In this document: positions 19,590 through 29,075 of the stretch, in pieces
Layout: the number at the start of each line of letters is the position of its first letter
Numbering within the stretch: position 1 is the stretch's first letter
Translations under genes and position numbers: made by a program
The notes under the pieces: model-generated
Databases searched by the model: none
What the model was told of the DNA's origin: nothing
Seen by the model: the letters and a program-made list of their open reading frames with translations, nothing else
Assembly: GCA_038207085.1 (NCBI GenBank)
Contig: JBBRAE010000002.1
Location: 1 to 64,000, forward strand
DNA: 64,000 bases
From: Armatimonadota bacterium
GTDB lineage: Bacteria; Armatimonadota; UBA5829; DTLH01
Direction of reading: 5' to 3'

Positions 19590-21479
19590 TTATATAACAA
19601 CCGCGTCAAAGCGGCATGCTTCAACGCACGCGCCGCACTTCACGCAGGCTTTTTGATCTATGACATAGGGCGACTTCACTTCGCCCGAAATAGCGTTTAC
19701 GGGGCACTTCTTGGCACAAAGCGAGCAGCCCTTGCACTTCTCGGCGTCGATCGAGTAGGTCTTGAACGACTCACACTGACCAGCCGGGCACTTGCCGTCT
19801 ACTACATGGGCAAGGTACTCGTGCCTGAAGTGCTTGAGAGTGGAAAGCACGGGGTTTGGCGCGGTCTTGCCGAGTCCGCAGAGCGAACCGTCGCGAACCG
19901 TCACCGCGACCTCCTCAAGAAGGCTGATGTCTTCAACCGTGCCAGCGCCTCCGACGATCCGCTCTAGGATCTGGAGCATTCGCTTGGTCCCTTCGCGGCA
20001 GAGCACGCACTTTCCGCAGGACTCCCTGTGGGTGAACTGCATAAAGAAGCGGGCGACTTCGACCATACACGTCGACTCGTCCATAACTACAAGCCCGCCG
20101 GAGCCGACCATCGCGCCGACGCTCTTCAGGGAGTCGTAGTCAAGCGGCAGGTCGAGGTGCTCGTTGGTGAGGCACGCGCCTGAGGGGCCGCCGATCTGGA
20201 CCGCCTTGAAGCTGTTGCCGGTTCGCAGGCCGCCGCCGATCTTGAAGACTACGTCAGAGAGCGTCGTCCCCATCGGAACTTCAATAAGCCCCGTGTTGGC
20301 GATGTCGCCGGTGATCGCAAAGACCTTGGTGCCCGCTGAGGTCGCGGTCCCAAAGCTTTTGAACCACTCAGCGCCGTTTAGGATGATCTTGGGCACGTTG
20401 GCGAATGTCTCGACGTTGTTTACGACCGTGGGCTTACCCCAGAGTCCTGAGTTTGCAGGGAACGGCGGCTTAGGCCGGGGCATTCCGCGCTTGCCTTCGA
20501 TCGAGGCGATAAGAGCGGTCTCTTCACCGCAGACAAATGCGCCCGCGCCTTCCTTGATCTTGATATGGAAGGAAAATGAGCCCGAAAGGATCTTGTCGCC
20601 AAGCAGGTTTGCAGCCTCAGCCTGGGCGATTGCGGTCTTGAGACGCGCGATCGCAAGCGGGTACTCGGCTCTTACATATATGTAACCCTCGTCCGCGCCG
20701 ATCGCGTAGCCCGCGATGATCATGCCTTCAAGGAGCGCGTGGGGGTTGCCTTCCATGATAGACTCGTCCATAAACGCGCCGGGATCACCCTCGTCGGCGT
20801 TGCAGACGATGTACTTCTTGGCGCTCTGGACCTTCTGGGTAAACGCCCACTTGCGCCCGGTCGGGAATCCGCCGCCGCCTCTGCCGCGCAGGCCGGACTC
20901 CATAACTTCACTTACGATTGCTTCAGGGGTCATCCCGAAGATCGCCTCGGCGAGGGATCTGTAGCCGTCTTTGGCGATGTAGTCGCGGATGTCACCGGGC
21001 TCGATGATGCCGCAGTCGGCGAGCACTACGTTCACCTGGTCCCGATAGAAGGGAAGCTCGTTGCGCTTGGCGTACTTGACGCCCTCGTCATCGGTAAAGA
21101 CGAGCCGCTCGACTACTTCACCGTTCTTCACGGTCTTTTCGACGATCTCGGCTGCGTCCTCGGGGGTGACGTAGACGTAGAAAATGTCTGATGGGAGAAT
21201 CCGCACGATCGGGCCTACCTGGCAGAAGCCGGGGCAGCCGCTGTAGCCGAGGGTGACGCTTTCGTCCTTTGCCTCGTCCAAAAGATCGACTTTGACGTTC
21301 AGGCCGGCGTCGGCCATAGCCTTCTCAAGGGCCGCAAGGACCTTGGGCGCGCCGTTTGCCATACAACCGGTGCCGCCACAGACCATCACGCGGGTGCAGC
21401 CGGTCTCTATTGCCGCGAGAGTTTTTGCCTTCAGTTCCGCAAGCTCCTGCGGGGAAGTGAGTTTTGCGACTGGACTCAA
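19590..21479 (-). CDS. hydB: HydB NuoF-like FMN/NADH-binding subunit
   Basis: GLRGRGGGGFPTG.KW, CNADEGDPGAFMD, GAGAFVCGEETAL, ESCGKC..CREG, C-terminal 2x[4Fe-4S]. Confidence 0.95.
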   Translation of the reverse strand: MSPVAKLTSPQELAELKAKTLAAIETGCTRVMVCGGTGCMANGAPKVLAALEKAMADAGLNVKVDLLDEAKDESVTLGYSGCPGFCQVGPIVRILPSDIFYVYVTPEDAAEIVEKTVKNGEVVERLVFTDDEGVKYAKRNELPFYRDQVNVVLADCGIIEPGDIRDYIAKDGYRSLAEAIFGMTPEAIVSEVMESGLRGRGGGGFPTGRKWAFTQKVQSAKKYIVCNADEGDPGAFMDESIMEGNPHALLEGMIIAGYAIGADEGYIYVRAEYPLAIARLKTAIAQAEAANLLGDKILSGSFSFHIKIKEGAGAFVCGEETALIASIEGKRGMPRPKPPFPANSGLWGKPTVVNNVETFANVPKIILNGAEWFKSFGTATSAGTKVFAITGDIANTGLIEVPMGTTLSDVVFKIGGGLRTGNSFKAVQIGGPSGACLTNEHLDLPLDYDSLKSVGAMVGSGGLVVMDESTCMVEVARFFMQFTHRESCGKCVLCREGTKRMLQILERIVGGAGTVEDISLLEEVAVTVRDGSLCGLGKTAPNPVLSTLKHFRHEYLAHVVDGKCPAGQCESFKTYSIDAEKCKGCSLCAKKCPVNAISGEVKSPYVIDQKACVKCGACVEACRFDAVVI

Positions 21480-21997
21480 TTGTTCACCTCCGACTTTTCG
21501 GTGGCCTCAAGCTCATCGATGGCCTTCTGGACTTTTTCCGGGGTCATCTTGCCGTGGACTGTGCCATTTATCACAACCGCGGGCGCAAGGGCGCAAGCGC
21601 CGATGCAGCTGACGACCTCCAGGGTGTAGCGCATATCTTCGGTGGTCTTCTGACCATCGGTCAGACCGAGCCTGCGTCGAAGCGCGGAGATCACGGTCTG
21701 GTTCTTTCGCACATGGCATGCGGTTCCGTCGCAGACTTTCACGAGGAACTTGCCCTTGGGCTCAAGCGAGAACTGCGCGTAGAACGTAGCCACGCCATAC
21801 ACCGTCGCCGGCGGGAGATCCAGCGCCATAGCGACGAACGTAAGGATTTCCTGCGGAAGGTAGCGATATTCTTCCTGCACCTTCTGCAGAATGGGGATCA
21901 GAGCGCTTTCCGTAGCTCCGTACTCTTCTATGATGGCCTGGATCTTTTCGAGCTTTCGCTTTGCTTTGCCATCACGTGCTGCCACTGCTTGAGCCAA
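21476..21997 (-). CDS. hydC: HydC NuoE-like [2Fe-2S] subunit
   Basis: LIPILQ..QEEYRYLP, VATFY, VCDGTACH, SCIGACALAP. Confidence 0.95.
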   Translation of the reverse strand: MAQAVAARDGKAKRKLEKIQAIIEEYGATESALIPILQKVQEEYRYLPQEILTFVAMALDLPPATVYGVATFYAQFSLEPKGKFLVKVCDGTACHVRKNQTVISALRRRLGLTDGQKTTEDMRYTLEVVSCIGACALAPAVVINGTVHGKMTPEKVQKAIDELEATEKSEVNN

Positions 21998-22033
21998 TGC
22001 GTTTACCTCCGTTTTGGGGTTTGGACTGGAGCC

Positions 22034-22684
22034 CTAGCCCCTTGATTTCAATCTATAAGATAAAGTTATCAATCCCCACGCCAGGGACTGGTTTTCGACG
22101 ACTACCGTTTCGGGCGTCATAATCTTGACCGGCGCAAAGTTCCAGATCGCCTGGACTCCTGCCGCTACAAGGAGATCGGCGACCTCCTGAGCGGCTGCGG
22201 CGGGGACTACTACGACCCCGGCCTGGATGCCTTCGCTCTTCACAACGCCAAAGAGCTCGGTTATGCTGCGGACCCTCATCTCGCCTGCTTCCGTGCCGAC
22301 GATCTCCGGGTCTCCGTCAAAAATCGCTGCGAGCTTAAACCCGCCTTTGGTCCAGATGTTGCTCCCGACAAGCGCGCGCCCGAGGTTTCCGTAACCGACA
22401 AGGCACGCTGGTTTGAGCGAATCGACCCCGAAAACCTCCCGGATGAGCCCTGTCAGCCTCGGCACATCATAGCCGACCTTGGGACGCCCGGCGGCTCCGA
22501 GGTGAAGCAGATCCTGACGCACTTTGACGTCTGTAATACCGACCGCCTCGCCGATATCCGCGCTTGTGATGTGCGCCCTGCCCTCTTTGCCGAAGTGTTC
22601 GAGCACTTCAAGGTAGAGTTCCAGCCTGAGCACCGATGCTCTTGATAGCCTCTTCAAACCATTCATTCCACAAAAGCCCGCCAT
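22034..22684 (-). CDS. rex: Redox-sensing transcriptional repressor Rex
   Basis: RL.LY, ITS, VRQDL...G.P.VGY, VGYGNLGRAL, AIWNFAP. Confidence 0.9.
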   Translation of the reverse strand: MAGFCGMNGLKRLSRASVLRLELYLEVLEHFGKEGRAHITSADIGEAVGITDVKVRQDLLHLGAAGRPKVGYDVPRLTGLIREVFGVDSLKPACLVGYGNLGRALVGSNIWTKGGFKLAAIFDGDPEIVGTEAGEMRVRSITELFGVVKSEGIQAGVVVVPAAAAQEVADLLVAAGVQAIWNFAPVKIMTPETVVVENQSLAWGLITLSYRLKSRG

Positions 22685-22695
22685 TGGGAGATTAT

Positions 22696-22713
22696 TCGTT
22701 AAAGTATTAACGA
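22696..22713. promoter_or_regulatory. Rex operator 1
   Basis: Perfect palindrome TCGTTAA-AGTA-TTAACGA resembling TTGTGAA-N4-TTCACAA, over the predicted +1. Confidence 0.75.
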
Positions 22714-22717
22714 TTAT

Positions 22718-22746
22718 ATTCTACCCCTACAGGGGCCTTCTGTCAA
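22718..22746 (-). promoter_or_regulatory. sigma70 promoter of rex-hydCBA
   Basis: TTGACA-N17-TAGAAT on minus strand. Confidence 0.75.
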
Positions 22747-22763
22747 TGGATTTTGGGGCCAAC

Positions 22764-22781
22764 TCGTGTAATATTTCACGA
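22764..22781. promoter_or_regulatory. Rex operator 2
   Basis: TCGTGTA-ATAT-TTCACGA. Confidence 0.75.
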
Positions 22782-22890
22782 TTGGTTGCTTAAGAATTAT
22801 ACCAATGTTGAGGAGAGTGTGAGATGTTGATTTTCAAGAGGTGTAAGAAATTGAATTCTGCCGTGAACGGAGGTTGTTGGTTGGACGCGG

Positions 22891-23145
22891 TCAAAAAGGG
22901 GGGCATAACTTGAGCATAGTCAGCAGTTCGTCGACGGAGATGCGATGATGTTGCGAAATGCTCGATAGAATGCTCTGAAGCGTTCCAATTTTGATCGGCT
23001 TGTGGTTGGGGATGACTTCGTGATGCTCACCGTCTACTTGAGTCGTTATTCGGATGTGCTAGCCGGTCTGACGTGTTGGCTGGTATCCCAGCACCGCGAG
23101 CGAGCGCACGAGCGACTTGGGATCAACGTCGCGCGGTAGTCTCAA
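22891..23145 (-). pseudogene. hicA: HicA-family mRNA interferase toxin with internal amber stop
   Basis: MRLPRDV...LGY...RQTG*HIRITT...HH..IPNHKPIKIGTLQSIL; TAG at 23059-23061 replaces Ser of the GSH motif. Confidence 0.85.
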
Positions 23146-23354
23146 CGTACAAGAACCTCTTCACTAACGAGGCGCAGGTGGATGATTTTCGGCGAGTCCT
23201 CGGGACTGTCAAAATAGCAGTCAACCGCGTCGAGTATGTTATGCTTCAGTTCCTCTAGGGTTTCTGCCTGGGTGTGTATGCCGTAACCGATGGCAGAGGC
23301 TACATAACCACTATCAACCTTGTCCTCGCGGGCCTCAACGTAAAGCTCTTTCAT
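23142..23354 (-). CDS. hicB: HicB-like antitoxin
   Basis: GYVASAIGYGIHTQAETLEELKHNILDAVDCYF; 4-nt overlap with hicA. Confidence 0.8.
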   Translation of the reverse strand: MKELYVEAREDKVDSGYVASAIGYGIHTQAETLEELKHNILDAVDCYFDSPEDSPKIIHLRLVSEEVLVR

Positions 23355-23398
23355 GATAATCTCCCCGGAATAGTCTGTATCCATTATAGCAGGGAAAT

Positions 23399-26368
23399 CT
23401 ACAGGCCGACATCCCCGGATTCCTGCTCGGGCGCGAAACCTCGACGCAGCGTGTTTTCGGTGATCGTGCGGGGCTCCATAAATTGGATCAGATAGTCGGG
23501 GCCGCCGGCTTTTGAGCCGATGCCGGACATCTTGAACCCGCCGAAGGGTTGGCGGCCGACTATTGCACCGGTGGTCTTTCGGTTGATATACAGGTTTCCG
23601 ACACGGAAGTCCCTGCGCGCCTTTTCGATGTTTCTCGGGCTGCGGGAGTAGACGCCACCGGTCAGGCAGTACTGCGTCCCCATCGCGATCTCCAGCGCTT
23701 GGTCAAAGTTTTGTGCGCGTATCACGGCGACTACGGGGCCGAATATCTCCTCCTGGGCGATTCGTGCCTGCGGGGGAACGTCCGAGAATATCGTCGGGCC
23801 GACCCACCAGCCCTCTCCCAGGCCCGACACGTCGGTTTCAAGGACGACCCGGGCCTCGGTTTTCCCAAGCTCTATGTAGCCTTGCACCTTGTCCCGCGAC
23901 TTCTCATCGACAAGTGCGCCAAAGTAGTTGCCAGGGTTCTCCACAGGCCCGACCGAAAGACTCTTTGAGGCCTCGACGAACCTGGTGAGGAACTTGTCAT
24001 AAATCAGGTCATGGACGATTATTCGGCTCGCGGCCGAGCACTTCTGCCCGCCGTAACCGAACGCAGAGGCGACCGCACCGGTCACGGCCTCGTCGAGATC
24101 GGCGTCGCTGTCTATCACAAGCGCGTTTTTGCCGCCCATCTCCGCTATCACGCGCTTGAGGTGGTCCTGACCCGGCGCGACCTCTGAGGCCGTCCGAAAT
24201 ATCCGGGCGCCGACCGCCCGGGAGCCGGTGAATGCGGTGATATCCACGTCGGGACTTTTCACCAGGTACTCCCCGACCTCTATCGGCGGCCCTGGCACGA
24301 AGTTGACTACCCCGCCCGGGAGGCCCGCGCGCACCAGGATATCCACAAACTTTGCGGCGATCACAGGCGACTGTGTCGCGGGTTTTACGACCGCGGTGTT
24401 TCCGACCACGATCGCGGCGGAGGTCATCCCCGCGAGAATCGCCATGGGGAAGTTCCAGGGAGGGATGACGGCGGCGACCCCTCTGGGCTGGTAGAGGTAC
24501 TCGTTCAGCTCACCGGGGAGGCTCCCCAGTCTGCGGGTTTTCCCCAGGCGGAGCATCTCGCTTGCATAATAGTTGAGGTAATCGATCGTTTCACAGACGT
24601 CGGCGTCGGCCTCCCGCCAGGCCTTGCCGGTCTCAAAGACCTCCCATGCCGCAAGCTGGTCGCGCTCGGTTCGGATGATATCAGCGGCGCGAAAGAGCAC
24701 CTTTGCACGTTCATCGACAGTCGTGTCCCGCCATGTGGGAAACGCCCGATTGGCGGCCTCAATCGCCGCCTGCGCCTCACGCTCCCCGGCCCAGGCGACG
24801 CGCCCGACGACCTCGGAGGGGCTTGAGGGGTTGGTCGAATCGATCTCTTCGGAGGTGGAGACGAGTTTTCCACCGATCAGCAGTGGATAGTGTGCATTAA
24901 ACTCGTCCCTCACCCGAGCGAGCGCCTCTTTCATAATCTCGCGGTGCTCTTCTCGGGAAAAATCGCGCTCCGGCTCGTTTACAAACTCCGGCGCGCGCGC
25001 CTCGGGAGTGTATTTGGGCGTTTCCTGTGGGCTTTTCAACAGCTCGTCCACCGATGCCCGCTCGGAAAAGCTTTGGCGGAGGAACGACTCGTTTGAGGTG
25101 TTCTCAAGGAGGCGGCGCACGAGGTAGGCCATCCCCGGGATCAGCTCGCCGTAGGGGGTATACACACGAACCCGCCTGCCCATCTCGACCACGGCCTCTT
25201 TCAGCTCACCAGCCATCCCGTAGAGCATCTGATACTCCACAGAGCCCACAGGGATATCCACAGCCTCAGCCTCAGCCACTGCCATCGCATAGGCGACGCT
25301 TCGGGCGTTGTGGCTGCCAATTGCGGTCAGAATATGGGGGTAGTTCTCGATCAATAGCCGGGTCAGACACTCAAAGTTGATATCCGTCTCGGGTTTCTGT
25401 GTATAAACGGGAATGGGCCAGTTGCGCTGGCGAGCGATGACCGTCTCGTAGTCCCAGTAGGCCCCGCGAACGAGCCTCACCCGCACTGGAGCGCCCCGCT
25501 CGCGCGCCCAATCAACGAGACCCCGCAGGTCGCGCTCGCTGTCCCTCAGATACGCCTGGATGGTTATGCCGTAGTGGCGGCTGTCTCTAAAGGCCGGCTC
25601 AAGCAGGATCTCACGAAAGACCCGGAGCGTGAGGTCTTTGATCGCGTAGTGCTCCAAATCGATGTGGATAAACGCGCCCTCCTGGCGGGCAAGCTCTAGT
25701 ATCGGTCGCAGGCGCGACTTCAGGGCCTCAACGGAGCCATCCGGGTCGGCGGGCTCTATCCGTGAGTAGAGCGATGAGAGCTTGACCGAGACGTTCACGC
25801 GCGGAGTTTCCCCCAAACTGTCCACATCCGGTGCATAACCCGAGGCCTCAGCGCTCATCCCCCGAATCACTTCGAGATACTGCCGCTGGTAACCAAGCGC
25901 CTCAGCCTCGCTCACCGCGACCTCACCCAAAAGATCGAGCGTGAATGTCATCCCCTTTTTTCGAAGCTCGCGCACCGCTGCGGCGGCCTCACGGATGTTC
26001 GACCCGGCGATAAAGCGCCTCGCCATCCCGCCGATCTGCCGCTCTACGGTCGCAGCGGTGGCTCTTGCGGCGAGTCCACTTGAGGAGGCGAGGTTTATCC
26101 CCAACTGTCCAACGATAGGAAGTCCCTTGTCGGGCGATCCCAGGTACTCCCGTAAGTGGCGGACGACTTCTTCTGGGGTTTGGAGCGCTGGAAGGACGTC
26201 TACGAACCTGAAGAGCTGGGTCTTGAGCTCCGGGTCGCGCATCGCCCACTCCATCAGGCGGGAGTCGAGGTCCCCGTGGGAAAACCCCCGCCGCCTGTGG
26301 ATAACGCGCTCAAGTATCTTCCGGCCGATCTCTCGGGTCCGGTCTTCTACACTGATCTTGACTGACAT
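23399..26368 (-). CDS. putA: Bifunctional proline dehydrogenase / P5C dehydrogenase
   Basis: TLDLLGE, SVKLSSL, RLVRGAYWDYE, AYLVRRLLEN, PWNFP, AEMGGKN, GQKCSA, EEIFGP. Confidence 0.95.
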   Translation of the reverse strand: MSVKISVEDRTREIGRKILERVIHRRRGFSHGDLDSRLMEWAMRDPELKTQLFRFVDVLPALQTPEEVVRHLREYLGSPDKGLPIVGQLGINLASSSGLAARATAATVERQIGGMARRFIAGSNIREAAAAVRELRKKGMTFTLDLLGEVAVSEAEALGYQRQYLEVIRGMSAEASGYAPDVDSLGETPRVNVSVKLSSLYSRIEPADPDGSVEALKSRLRPILELARQEGAFIHIDLEHYAIKDLTLRVFREILLEPAFRDSRHYGITIQAYLRDSERDLRGLVDWARERGAPVRVRLVRGAYWDYETVIARQRNWPIPVYTQKPETDINFECLTRLLIENYPHILTAIGSHNARSVAYAMAVAEAEAVDIPVGSVEYQMLYGMAGELKEAVVEMGRRVRVYTPYGELIPGMAYLVRRLLENTSNESFLRQSFSERASVDELLKSPQETPKYTPEARAPEFVNEPERDFSREEHREIMKEALARVRDEFNAHYPLLIGGKLVSTSEEIDSTNPSSPSEVVGRVAWAGEREAQAAIEAANRAFPTWRDTTVDERAKVLFRAADIIRTERDQLAAWEVFETGKAWREADADVCETIDYLNYYASEMLRLGKTRRLGSLPGELNEYLYQPRGVAAVIPPWNFPMAILAGMTSAAIVVGNTAVVKPATQSPVIAAKFVDILVRAGLPGGVVNFVPGPPIEVGEYLVKSPDVDITAFTGSRAVGARIFRTASEVAPGQDHLKRVIAEMGGKNALVIDSDADLDEAVTGAVASAFGYGGQKCSAASRIIVHDLIYDKFLTRFVEASKSLSVGPVENPGNYFGALVDEKSRDKVQGYIELGKTEARVVLETDVSGLGEGWWVGPTIFSDVPPQARIAQEEIFGPVVAVIRAQNFDQALEIAMGTQYCLTGGVYSRSPRNIEKARRDFRVGNLYINRKTTGAIVGRQPFGGFKMSGIGSKAGGPDYLIQFMEPRTITENTLRRGFAPEQESGDVGL

Positions 26369-26442
26369 GGGTCTGTATCCATCGAGTTGAGGTTGTTGTA
26401 GTATCTATAGATATATACCCATCCCTGGGGAAAGACTTCGGG

Positions 26443-27027
26443 CTAATAGTCCCTGCTTGCTCTGTGGGCGAAGCTGCTCCAGGCGCAGAATACGGCGGCA
26501 ACCCACACAAGCAGGCTCCATATTCCGGGCCTTTGGCCGAAGGCGGCGAGCCTTGCGGCTTCAATCACCGAAAGCGTGGTCGCTATCTGATAGCAGGGTG
26601 AAGATTTTCTTGGCAGACGGATCAGCGCAAGCCACAGACCAGTGAGAGCAAGCGCCGCGATTGTGGTATTGAGCTCTGTTGCGGCCCGACCAAGGTCGGC
26701 CTTGCCGCGGGTGATGTGACCCATCCCGGAGAGTACAAGCGAGGCGCAAAGCGCAAGGGTAGAGGTTATCCACACGACGAGCACGGTTTTCCACGAGCCG
26801 TGATTGATCCTATAGGCCATCCGCCGCATGCTCGGGATCAGAGAAACAGCCGCAAGCGCGCCCGCGATCCCTGCGCCGATCAACGTGACCGACGGACCCA
26901 GCGCCCATGCAGCAACCCAAAGCACCGCCGCAGACGCGATCATGCAGGGCCACGTGGACCTGGTTTTCTCGCGCGCAGGGCAGCTTTCCTGAAGTATACT
27001 CGCAGTATCAACCGTTTCGAGCGGCAT
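26443..27027 (-). CDS. Hypothetical membrane protein
   Basis: Several hydrophobic segments; GAGGA RBS. Confidence 0.6.
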   Translation of the reverse strand: MPLETVDTASILQESCPAREKTRSTWPCMIASAAVLWVAAWALGPSVTLIGAGIAGALAAVSLIPSMRRMAYRINHGSWKTVLVVWITSTLALCASLVLSGMGHITRGKADLGRAATELNTTIAALALTGLWLALIRLPRKSSPCYQIATTLSVIEAARLAAFGQRPGIWSLLVWVAAVFCAWSSFAHRASRDY

Positions 27028-27122
27028 TAAGTCCTCGTGTAATAGGGGATGAGATCATGTTGTACGCTGGCAGCTCGGTATCCTCCGACTATTTTTTCTC
27101 ACGCTGTCACGCTGTTGCATAA

Positions 27123-27151
27123 TTGACAGTGGGGCCACCTGGTGATATACT
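27123..27151 (+). promoter_or_regulatory. sigma70 promoter upstream of rpoN
   Basis: TTGACA-N17-TATACT with TG extended -10. Confidence 0.7.
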
Positions 27152-27335
27152 CCAGTCAGAGTCGCTTAAGTGGCCGATAGAGTATTGAACAACCTCTCCA
27201 AAGCTCCGTGCAGAATATCAGAATGATTCGCCTGAATAAAAAATCTCAGGCGCTACTTGGAATTCCCTCGCGGTCTGCCGAAAATATAGGAGAAAGACAG
27301 CTTTCTCCAAATTCGGCATATAGGGTGTGATCGGG

Positions 27336-28748
27336 ATGCTCATTGAGCAAGGCTTAAAACAAACTCTAACTCAAAGAATAGATCCTAAGCTTATTCAGCA
27401 GAACAACATTCTGCAGCTTTCTCAATTCGAGCTGCAGCAGGTTATCGAGCTGGAACTGGCTGAAAACCCCGCACTTGAGGTGCCCGAGGATGACCCCTGC
27501 CAGGGCTGCGATACTCCTCGTGCCCTTTGCATCGACTGCAGTTTCCGCAAAAACGCGGAAAAAGACGACGCCGACCTAAGCGTCCACGAGCTTGAAATGC
27601 TCCCCGTGGATGTCATGGGCGACCCCGACGCGGAAAACGATTTTATTGCCAACATAGAAGCTGAAGTAAGCCTGCAGGACCACCTCCGCACCGTGCTTCG
27701 AGCCGTGCTCCCCGACGATCAGTACGAGATCGGCGAGTATATCGTCTCCAACATCAACGACGCAGGATACCTCGACTGCGAGCTTGCTGAGGTGGCTCAG
27801 GAGCTTGGAAGGCCACTTGCAGATATTGAGGCGGTGCTTGCGATCATCCAGACGTTCGAGCCCGCCGGAGTCGGCGCGCGTGACCTTCAGGAGTGCATGA
27901 AGATCCAGCTCGAAGGCCTGAAAGAGGACGGTCAGGAAAACCCCCTAGTCTTCACCATGGTAAGAGACTACTGGGACGACATGATTGCAAAGCGCGTGGG
28001 ACGGCTTGCCCGTAAGCTCAAAGTCTCCCAAAGCGAGATCCTGGAAGCGCTTGCGTTCGTCAAATCGAGCCTGAACCCCTACCCCGGGAACTCGTTTAGA
28101 ACACCCTGGGCTACCAGATCCAACGACCACAAAAGCTCGGTCCGACCGGACGTGATAGTGCGAAGGACAGTAAACGGTTTTGAGATAGATGTGATATCGC
28201 ATGACCACTATGGTCTGACAATGAACTCTCACTACAGGCATGCCTACGCTGAACTGAAAAGCGGCGTCGAAAAACACTACTCCGATGACGAGAAGAAGCA
28301 CATAGTAGAGTTCGTCGAGCGCGCTGATCTGTTTATGAAGAACCTGAACCAGCGCCGGCGCACGCTTCGCCTCATCACCAAGGCGGTCATAGAGTATCAG
28401 CAGGGGTATCTGGACACCGGTTCCAAGATTTTTGTTCGGCCACTAACCCGTACCAAGGTTGCGCGCGCGGTCAATATGCACGAGTCCACTGTCAGCCGCG
28501 CCACGGGAAGCAAGTATATCCAGCTTCCAAGCGAAGAAGTGGTCCCCTTCGACTTCTTTTTTGACACCTCGACGAGCGTAAAAGACCTGATCGGCGAAAT
28601 GATAGGAAACGAAGACCCGCAAAACCCGCTTTCCGACCAGGGAATCGCCGACCTCCTTCAGGAGCGAGGCCTGAACGTCGCCAGAAGAACGGTCGTAAAA
28701 TACAGGGAAGCGCAGAAGATTCTGTCCTCGCGGCAGAGGAGAAGATAG
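27336..28748 (+). CDS. rpoN: RNA polymerase sigma-54 factor
   Basis: Gln/Leu-rich region I, ENPALE, EPAGVGARDLQEC, MHESTVSRA, PLSDQ, RpoN box ARRTVVKYRE. Confidence 0.95.
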   Translation: MLIEQGLKQTLTQRIDPKLIQQNNILQLSQFELQQVIELELAENPALEVPEDDPCQGCDTPRALCIDCSFRKNAEKDDADLSVHELEMLPVDVMGDPDAENDFIANIEAEVSLQDHLRTVLRAVLPDDQYEIGEYIVSNINDAGYLDCELAEVAQELGRPLADIEAVLAIIQTFEPAGVGARDLQECMKIQLEGLKEDGQENPLVFTMVRDYWDDMIAKRVGRLARKLKVSQSEILEALAFVKSSLNPYPGNSFRTPWATRSNDHKSSVRPDVIVRRTVNGFEIDVISHDHYGLTMNSHYRHAYAELKSGVEKHYSDDEKKHIVEFVERADLFMKNLNQRRRTLRLITKAVIEYQQGYLDTGSKIFVRPLTRTKVARAVNMHESTVSRATGSKYIQLPSEEVVPFDFFFDTSTSVKDLIGEMIGNEDPQNPLSDQGIADLLQERGLNVARRTVVKYREAQKILSSRQRRR

Positions 28749-28838
28749 CTTTTAGCTGTTAGGTATTAGCTTTCAGATTGGCTCGTCGCCCGATGTGCAA
28801 TATGAGAAAATGGCAGAGCTAAAAGCTAAAAGCACCCC

Positions 28839-29070
28839 TGTGGAAAGCCATGTGAATTCTCCTGTAGATAACCTGTTGGGAGAATGGTGGAAAAGTATTG
28901 CCCACATCACCCACAGGAAGCAGTGAGTCTTACAACAAGCTTTCCAGAAGCTTTCCACATGGGTTCCTCACGCTCACTCCACGCTTGAAAATCCACGATA
29001 TCCACTTTTCCACCGACATTACAACAACAACAACAAAAAGAGTATAATACTGTATCTATTAAGACAGTCA
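28839..29070. other. Probable chromosomal replication origin (oriC)
   Basis: About 10 DnaA-box-like 9-mers (TGTGGAAAG, TGTAGATAA, GGTGGAAAA, CTTTCCACA, AAATCCACG, ATATCCACT, TTTTCCACC), then (ACA)5 and an AT-rich tract, directly before recF. Confidence 0.75.
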
Positions 29071-29075
29071 GGCTT

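Noticed and set aside
19590..21997. Respiratory complex I nuoEF
   Set aside because: Adjacent to an H-cluster hydA with no membrane nuo genes, so these are hydrogenase subunits
23059..23061. Pyrrolysine recoding of the hicA TAG
   Set aside because: The position is a conserved Ser one substitution from TCG and no pyl genes are in the window; nonsense mutation is simpler
28773..28958. 61-aa ORF in the rpoN-recF gap
   Set aside because: No RBS or motif; the region is better explained as a DnaA-box cluster
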